Source: Blastocladiella emersonii ATCC 22665 | Lineage: Eukaryota > Fungi > Blastocladiomycota | Assembly: GCA_025594325.1 (NCBI GenBank) | Contig: JANHCV010000001.1 | Coordinates: 1,426,001 to 1,490,000 of the forward strand | DNA length: 64,000 bases | Direction: 5' to 3' | Shown here: one piece after another, positions 57,017 through 64,000 of the stretch | Layout: each line of letters begins with the position of its first letter | Numbering within the stretch: the stretch's first letter is position 1 | Notes under the pieces: generated by a model | Database searches by the model: none | What the model saw: only the letters and a program-made list of their open reading frames with translations | Told to the model about the DNA's origin: nothing | Made by a program: the position numbers and the translations under genes

Positions 57017-57051
57017 AGATCAGGTAAGCGGGGTATGCTTGCACCTGATCT
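57017..57051. other. Hairpin AGATCAGGT-AAGC...GCTT-GC-ACCTGATCT next to the duplicated fragment
   Basis: Perfect 9-bp outer stem plus 4-bp inner stem. Function unknown. Confidence 0.6.
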
Positions 57052-57340
57052 CCCTCCCGAGCAGCCGGGAACGGGCGACCTGCCGAACCTGGGCGCGCGC
57101 TGTTCGTGCTCACGTGGCCCGTGTTCGCGCGCGAATTTCTCGGCTCGCGCGACCGGCGTCGAATTCGACCGCCGCCTCTGATCCGTCCCCCGCTCCCGCT
57201 CAGCAGCACAACTTGCAATGAATCGAATGCATCTCTAGCCGATTCCTCGCGCAATCTACGACCAGAACTTGCCGAACCCGTCTACGCGACTTCCACCGGC
57301 CGTGTCTCCCACGGCTGCCGCCGCCCAAGCGTCCCTCCGC

Positions 57341-57368
57341 GACCGACTGACCGACCGACCGACCGACC
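57341..57368. repeat. (GACC)7 microsatellite, one GACT variant
   Basis: Directly visible. Confidence 0.9.
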
Positions 57369-57594
57369 ATGTCCGAAGCCTGCCCTGTTCACACGCGAGA
57401 CGGCGATACCTGCCCCCGTGTCGGCGGGATGCGTGAGCGGTCGACGTCGCAGTTTGCGCCATCAGCCCGAGAAGTACTCGTCGCTTCACCCGTGCTCGTC
57501 GTTTCACGCCGACTGACGGCTGTAACTACGGCTAGACGGCTACCATAGCGCGCATCAAGCAGTCCAAACGCGCCTCGCTCGCGTCCATCACGCG

Positions 57595-60312
57595 ATGGCC
57601 GAGCCAACCCACGTCGCTCTCTGGATCGACCAACGAGCTTGCCGCCACTGGCTCAGCGAGTACGGCCAAGCTCAACGTACGTCCGCTCCGCTCGCCTCAC
57701 CGTCGGACTCACCGCTGACACTCGGATCCACTCGTCAGTCAGCCGAGCGCGAACGATTGCGCGTCGAGATCCGCGGCATGCTCCTGTCACACCGCCTCGA
57801 GCTCCTTGAGGCCATCGTCGCGAGCAAGTTCACCACCGAGCAGCTCACGCAGGTGACGCAGTCGATCATCAAACTCCTTTTCACGCAGTCGAGCGCCATG
57901 GTCGAGCGGTTTCTGCGCAACATTCTCGCGCGCAAGATCGTCGCGTACCGTACGGATTCCTGTCGTGTTCGGGTAACGCTTGGCGGCTGACTCGTGATTC
58001 GGCCTCGTAGACGCCGAGAACCCGCGCGACGGCGCCATGAAGAACGTGCTGCGCGACAACAGCCTCGAGGTCCTCCTCCTCTCGCTCTACGTCCGCAGCG
58101 AAGCGCGCGCGTACCTCGTGCATGCCCTCGCCGCGCCGATTCTCGCCCGCCTCGACGACCTCGCCGCCATCGAGACGGACCCGAACCGCGCGTCACCCGA
58201 GGTCGTCGCGGCCAGCGAGGCCAAGCTCCAGCTGATCTGCGTCGAGCTCATCACCGCCATCATGCAGAGCCACCGCCTGTTCCCCACGTCGGTCCGGCAG
58301 CTGTGTGTGTTTCTCCGCGAGCATGTCGACGTGACGCTCGGGATCTCGCAACCCACGCCGCGCGCCGCGATGCTCCCGCCGCTGCAGTTCGACCACATGG
58401 TCGAGGAACTGCTTGCCGTCGCGGGATGCGCCACGCCGTCGCCTTACGCGTCCGAGGACGAGTCCGTCTCGCCAACGGGCGCGGTTGTCGGTCTCGCCGA
58501 GGAGGCGGCAGCTGCGGTACCCGACGAGGACGGCTCGTTTCGCGAGCGGCTCCGCGCTAACAGCCGAATGCCGGCGGCCGCGCGGACCGGGTCGTATGGC
58601 CGGCAGCACAAGAGCGCGGACCCCATGTCCCCTGCCCCGGCGGAAGGTGGTGACGCCAGCACGGCGGCTGGATCAGTCCCGAGTCTCGGGCGGCCGCTCG
58701 AATGGGCCGGCTTCGGCGATGCTGCGCCTAGTCTACCCACGGCATCGAGCACGTCGGCGCCGGCTCTCGGTGACGCGCCGCTGCTTAGCACCGACCCGCC
58801 ACCCGCAGCGCGGCGCGCCAGCGCCAGCGCCAGCACGACGACCAGCCCGAGCGAGGAGAACGCGGTGATGCGGCGCCGCGCGCTCAAGCGCACCAACGCG
58901 CTGAACCGCCGCTCGCACCTCGTCACGTACACGGTGTCGGACCAGATTGTGTCGACATTCCTGTTCCTCCGCGTGTACGTGCCGGCGATCACGCTGCCCG
59001 ACCAGTACGGGATCATCGACGGCGACCGGCTGGACCGCAGCGTCGCGCGCGGCCTGCTGCAGTGCGGGAAGCTGCTCATGACCATTTGTAACGACGCCGA
59101 GTCCAAGAACTCGACCGTCACGGGTGCGCAGCTCCAGTTCCTGCTCGAGCAGCGCAAGCGGCTCAAGCTGTTTGTTGGGATGATGACGGCACCCGATCCG
59201 GTACGATGCTCGGCAAGCGTGTCTCGCGCGCAGTTTGACTGACGACCCTTGGTCCCCGTAGGCCTCGCTGGCATCCACCGAAGCGACTGTCGGACCACAA
59301 CAGCTGTCGTCCACCACCACCACCACCATGTCCATGGAGCCGCAGGGCATGCTGTCGACCATCGCCGCGAACGCGCGGCTTGCCGCTGCCGTGGCCAAGT
59401 TCGAGGCACCGCCGCCGTCCATGACCGTGCAGACGAATCTCCTGGACCCACTCGGTGCTCTGGGCGGCTCGCTCTCCAGTGCGTCACCCGTCGACGCGTC
59501 CGGTAAGAAGAACGGCGGCAATTCAATCAAGTCCATGTTCACGTCGCTCCGGCACAAGAAGAACCACCACCGGTCGCTCCCGCAGCTCACATCGATTGGC
59601 GCCGGCGCACCGGGCAACGAGAGCACGTCTGGACTCTCGGACTCGCCTTCGGGATCCTCGTCGACGTCGATCGGGTCCTCGGCCGAGTCGCACCCGACGG
59701 ACGCGCTGGTCGCGCAGATCGCCAAGGGGATGGAGCGCATCGAGAACTACGTCGTGTCGCGACTCGATGGGCCGCAGCAGCGCTCAAGGGTACGCTGCTC
59801 ACATCAGTTATTTCGGGGATCCGCTCGTCGCTCACCACCTCATTGTGTAGGAAATGACGCTGACGGTGCTCCGGCTCAAGACCGCGGTCGATCAGTTTCT
59901 CGCGGTCCCGACGTCGTCTTCCGACGCGCTCGACGCTGCAGGCGGGCGGAACGGCGAGCCGGACGGCCGCGGCGGGTCCAGCAACGGCGGAGCCAAGTCG
60001 GCGTCGTTTCTCAAGAACATTGGGCGGCGGCTGTGGTCGCGGTCGCAGCGGTCGCTCAACGAGACGGGGAGCGCGGACGGCAGCAGCGCCAACTCGTCGT
60101 CGAGCTTCGGGTCCATGCCGCGCGGCGGCGGCGGAAGCGGGGGCGCGAGCCTGTCCGCGACCAGCTCGGGCGTCTTCCGCGGCGGCGCGGGAGACTCAGC
60201 ACCACCGTCAAGACCCGAGCTCGCCAAGACGCTCTCGGACCCGTCGGTGCTCGCTGGACCCGTGGCGCAAGCGACCGCGCTTCAAGCGCGGCCAAGCGGG
60301 CCAGCTCAGTGA
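57595..60312 (+). CDS. RasGAP-domain protein, multi-exon; true start may lie upstream
   Basis: Arginine-finger-like VLRDNS, FPTSVRQLC, FLFLRVYVPAITLPDQYGI, RGLLQCGKLL. Confidence 0.8.
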
Positions 60313-60396
60313 ACTCATGGAGATAAACGTGTACATTTTGGCTAGCTTCACGCGCGCTCGTGTTTTGTTTGATGTTGGCTACGACCGCACCACGTG

Positions 60397-61305
60397 CTAG
60401 TCGAGGGCGGACACGGTAGTGTGGTGGCCGGGCGGCGGAGTCGGCGTGCCGCGGCCCAGCTTGGCCTCGAGGAAGGGCGCGAGGTCGCGTAGCGCGCGAG
60501 ACCGCGCCGAAATGCGGTTCTTGACCTCGCCCGACATCTCGGCGTAGGTCAGCGACCAGCCGTCGGGCTGGAAGACGGGGGTCCAGCCAAAGTGGGTCGG
60601 CCCGCGAGGCGCGACGATGGTGCCGTCGTTGCGGCCCTGGAAGACGACGGGTTCCGCACCCGGGCCGTCCGAGTAGGCAAAGGTGGTCAGCACGTACGCG
60701 GTCTTGTCGTCGAAGCCGTGCAGCATCCGGACGAGGCCCTCGAGGCCGAGAGACTTGTAGAACCATTTGCTGTCGCGGACGCGAGGTTAGCGCGCTTCCA
60801 GGTGTCACGACGAGGAGACGCGTCGGTACATGTAGGGTCCGGGCAGCCCGTTGAGCGCGTTGAAGCACAAGGCCGTATCTTCGACGATGACAGGTCCGTT
60901 GAGCTACGAGCGCGGCGGCAAGCGGGATCAGCTCTCAACAACTGGTCACACGCACGCCACCTTCGCATCAAGCGGGCGCACCAGAGTCGCCGCGAGCCGG
61001 CACTTCTCGGTCGACACGGTGCGCGGGTCGCCCTGGTACTCGGGGACTATGGCAAGGCGCGACGCGATCAGTACACGATCACGGCGGCCCGCTCGGCCTC
61101 ACGGTCCGTGATCGGGCGTGATCCCGGCGCGCAGCGTACGGTCAATGTCGACGGGAAGGAGCGGTACGCGGCTGCCGAGGATGGCCTGCACCTCGCGCAG
61201 CTTGTTCGCGTTGCCCGTCACAAAGACCAGCGGCTTCTCGCTCGAATCGGCCACGATGCCCTGATGTTCGACTCCCGATGAGCCCATGTTGGTTGCCTGG
61301 GACAT
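60397..61305 (-). CDS. ITPA: Inosine triphosphate pyrophosphatase family (ITPA/Ham1) with atypical base-binding motifs; 4 exons
   Basis: [71 protein letters not shown]. Confidence 0.9.
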
Positions 61306-61539
61306 GACTAGTTCTAATGGCTGGGCGGGGAGAGAGAGGGTTGGTTACGGCGCTTTCGCCGCTCTAGTCCGGTGGTCGGCGGGTCCGAGGCTGGGTCCGA
61401 GGCGCGCCTAAGGAAGGCCAGCGAGAGCGAGCGAGTCGGGTCGGGCCGCTTTCGACTCACCGGCGCACGCGAGCTGCAGCCGGTCGCGCGCGGTTTCGGC
61501 GCCCTCCCCGTGTCCTCCCCTCCGACTACGCCCGATCCC
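61306..61539. promoter_or_regulatory. Short divergent promoter shared by ITPA and ATRIP-like genes
   Basis: About 235 bp between divergent ATGs. Confidence 0.4.
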
Positions 61540-64000
61540 ATGCAGCTTGCCCCACTCCCATGTAACTACTCGATGCAACCGAGCCGAAACAGCCACCTCA
61601 ACACGCTGGCGCCGCCTACGAAGCGCCCGCGCCTCGCCTCGCCGCAGCACCAGTGGACCTCCGACACCGAGTCGCACGTCGCCTCGCTGACGCACACGTC
61701 GCTCGGGAGCGTGCTCACGTCGCGCCCGGGCCCGAGCGGCACGGGTGCTGCGGCTGCGGGTGTCGCACCCGGCGCAGGGAACGGCAGCGACGACGATGAC
61801 GACGACGACGTGTGGCACGCCGACTCGGAGACGCTCGCCGCAATCGACCGTATGGTTCTCACGCAGACGCAGCAAATGGAGGCGCTTGCAGCGGCCGGTA
61901 CGGCTGCTACTGCGCGGATGGCGGCACCTACCACGGTCTCAGCGTCCTTTGCTGCGGCCTCGGCTGCTCCTGCTTCCACGAACGCGACCGGTGCGGCTGT
62001 CCCGCCGCATTCGATTCCGCGACAGAGTACCGGCGCGCAGCACGAATTTACTCAACCGCCGCCGCGTATCCCGACAGAGACGCAGGGCGCGCACGTTGCG
62101 CGAGCCGTCTCCGCTTGGTCTTCTCAGCGGGCGGGCGCCGCTCCTTTTATGCGGCCGAGCCAGACCCAGAACCCCGCGCAGCAGCAGCCGCCGCCCCTCA
62201 TCATGTCGCTTCCGCCCGGTCAGCAGCTTCCCGCGGGCGCCGTCCTCGTTGCCGCGGCGGGTGGCGCCAACGAGGAGTCGACCGCGCTCCGCGAGGACCT
62301 CTCCCGGACCAATTCGGAGCTTCTCGCGCGCACGGGCGAGATCGCCATGCTGCGCCAGAATCTCGCGCGGCTCGAGGCGCAGCGCACCCAGTCCGAGACC
62401 GAGGCCAACCGTGCCGCTGCCCAGCTTCGCGAACAGCACGAGCGCGAGGTCGCCGACCTTCGCGCCGAAATGGAGCGCATGCGGTCCGAAATGGCCTTCC
62501 ACGAACACAACTCGCGCCAGCAGGCGTGGCGTGCCAGCCGCGTCGTCTACTCGCAGCACCCGGCCCAGTCGCAAATGTCGCCGGTTGTGGGCAGCAGGGT
62601 CCCGCAATCGCCGGCCCCCTTTTCGCAGTCTCACGCTCGTGGTGCGTGGCCTGGTGCGAGCGGCCTCGGTCGCCGTGATTTGCCGCCACCGGCTCCGCGC
62701 TTGACGCAACTCGCAGCGTCACGTCCACCTGGATCCGATAGCCCCGTCCCCGCGCATCCTTCCGCATCGGCATCTTCGGCCATGGATGTGGATGTCGACT
62801 CGATGCCGCCACCACCGCTTCCGCCGCCGCCCGCCCCGCTTCCCGCATCCAATGTCGCTGCTGTCGTTCCTGTCGCGCCCGAGCTTCTCGCACCTCCTTC
62901 CCCAAGCACGACGGATCGCCCACCTTCGGCGGCCAGTGTCGCTGTGCAAGCCATCAACGAGTCGCTTCCGTCCGCGCCTACCGCTCCTCCAGAACCCATC
63001 CTGATTGCCCTTCGCGACGTTGCCGCTGCCTCGCCGTCCTGCATCTCCGCCAGCGTCCGCGACACCATGTTCATCCTCGCCGCTCGCGGCGACGCGGACG
63101 CGCTCTGCGCCACGTCCGTGTTCCTCAGTACGCTTCTCGGCGCCCAAGCTACCATCGGCTCGCCCACTCTTCCCAATCTTCTCGTCGGGACCGCGCGGGT
63201 CTTGCAGTGGCTCACGGACTCGCTGCGGGCGCGGGGTCTCCTCGCCGGCCTGCTTGACGCGATCCTCGACTACGCCGCGAGCGATCCGCGCCACATCATT
63301 AGTGTGCTTCACGAGGCCATTTGCGCGTGCGCGGCTCACGTCAACCGGCTCCATTACGGCGACGATCGCGCGGCCGCGACGAGTAGCCCGCCCAGCTTGA
63401 CCAAAGGGACCACAAGCACTGCTCCGTCACCGCCGCCACGCGACCGCCTCGAGCCGTGGTACCGCGCCGTGTGTCGCCTGTTTGCCGTCATCGAGTCGAT
63501 TGCCCGCGCCTCGCGCAAGCACCTGTCGCTCGTGGCGCGCGTCGCCGGCCCGTTCTGGCAGCGCAACGAGATCGAGTACCTCGCCAAGGACCGCGACTGG
63601 TCCGACGCCGTCCACGCTGCGCTCGCGCGCTGGATGGTGCTCCTGGTCCAGACGCCGCAGACGATCGCGTCGCTCGCGCACCGCCGGTCCCTCGTCCCGT
63701 TCCTCGGCAAGCTCCTGCGCGTCGACCCGCCGCGCGAGTCGCCCGCCATCGCGCCACCCGCGGACGTTGGTGGTTGCGAGCAGGCGGCCGACAACGCAGA
63801 GCGCGAGTTTGGGATTGCCGCGACGCACGTCGCCGTGCTCGAGGTGTACTCTTGTCTCGCCGCGCACTTTCCCGTGGCCGTGTCGTGGCACTGGATGGCC
63901 GTCGACGGGATCGCCGCGCGGATCGTCGCGGTCCTGCACGACACGGCGAGCCAGCTGCACTCGGCCCCACCAAGCCCCTGCTGCCGCCGCGTGACGCGGA
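61540..64000 (+). CDS. ATRIP: ATR-interacting protein (ATRIP/Rad26/Ddc2)-like, 3'-truncated by window edge
   Basis: Acidic DDDDDDDVW..SETLAAID patch, coiled coil LLARTGEIAMLRQNL...EMERMRSEMAFHE, then a helical domain. Confidence 0.68.
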   Translation, partial: MQLAPLPCNYSMQPSRNSHLNTLAPPTKRPRLASPQHQWTSDTESHVASLTHTSLGSVLTSRPGPSGTGAAAAGVAPGAGNGSDDDDDDDVWHADSETLAAIDRMVLTQTQQMEALAAAGTAATARMAAPTTVSASFAAASAAPASTNATGAAVPPHSIPRQSTGAQHEFTQPPPRIPTETQGAHVARAVSAWSSQRAGAAPFMRPSQTQNPAQQQPPPLIMSLPPGQQLPAGAVLVAAAGGANEESTALREDLSRTNSELLARTGEIAMLRQNLARLEAQRTQSETEANRAAAQLREQHEREVADLRAEMERMRSEMAFHEHNSRQQAWRASRVVYSQHPAQSQMSPVVGSRVPQSPAPFSQSHARGAWPGASGLGRRDLPPPAPRLTQLAASRPPGSDSPVPAHPSASASSAMDVDVDSMPPPPLPPPPAPLPASNVAAVVPVAPELLAPPSPSTTDRPPSAASVAVQAINESLPSAPTAPPEPILIALRDVAAASPSCISASVRDTMFILAARGDADALCATSVFLSTLLGAQATIGSPTLPNLLVGTARVLQWLTDSLRARGLLAGLLDAILDYAASDPRHIISVLHEAICACAAHVNRLHYGDDRAAATSSPPSLTKGTTSTAPSPPPRDRLEPWYRAVCRLFAVIESIARASRKHLSLVARVAGPFWQRNEIEYLAKDRDWSDAVHAALARWMVLLVQTPQTIASLAHRRSLVPFLGKLLRVDPPRESPAIAPPADVGGCEQAADNAEREFGIAATHVAVLEVYSCLAAHFPVAVSWHWMAVDGIAARIVAVLHDTASQLHSAPPSPCCRRVTR

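Noticed and set aside
1-64000. CRISPR arrays, tRNA genes, rRNA genes, LTR/LINE reverse transcriptase or DDE transposase ORFs
   Set aside because: None recognised by eye. tRNAscan-SE and a TE HMM scan would be needed to exclude degenerate copies.

Overview
Gene-dense, GC-rich eukaryotic DNA with short (about 50-100 nt) GT-AG introns (donors mostly GTACGC/GTGCGT, branch CTGAC/CTCAC/CTAAC). Most long ORFs in the supplied track are antisense or frame shadows of GC3-biased genes; I rebuilt gene models by hand across introns. Motile-cilium genes (DNAAF5, SPAG17/PF6) together with fungal-type genes (complex I NI9M subunit, YLR345W-like PFK-2, hydrolase-DSP fusion) point to a zoosporic fungus, possibly Blastocladiomycota (inference). 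About 28 protein-coding genes can be supported. They include PRP16, APC10, USP48, CD2BP2/LIN1, ssSPT, an animal-like cryptochrome/(6-4) photolyase, PUS7, DNMT2, ZIM17, FHIP, an ADP/ATP carrier, a RasGAP, ITPA and ATRIP. Three lower-GC islands break the pattern. (1) About 4.4-7.6 kb holds a spliced, degenerate Helitron-type DUF6570 gene. (2) About 41.8-42.8 kb holds an orphan helical ORF between PUS7 and DNMT2. (3) About 54.9-57.1 kb holds a snR52-like C/D snoRNA, a candidate ACA hairpin RNA and a head-on chimera of two decayed gene fragments, one an inverted copy of the ATRIP gene at the window end. Most notable: an ITPA with both base-reading motifs altered (FGWD to FGWT, SHR to SAR), an AT-hook array fused to a Phactr/Bni4-like PP1-binding module, a 7TM protein with a DRF motif, and RGG tails on an NmrA-like protein and on PUS7. 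No database searches were run; family assignments come from recalled motifs.
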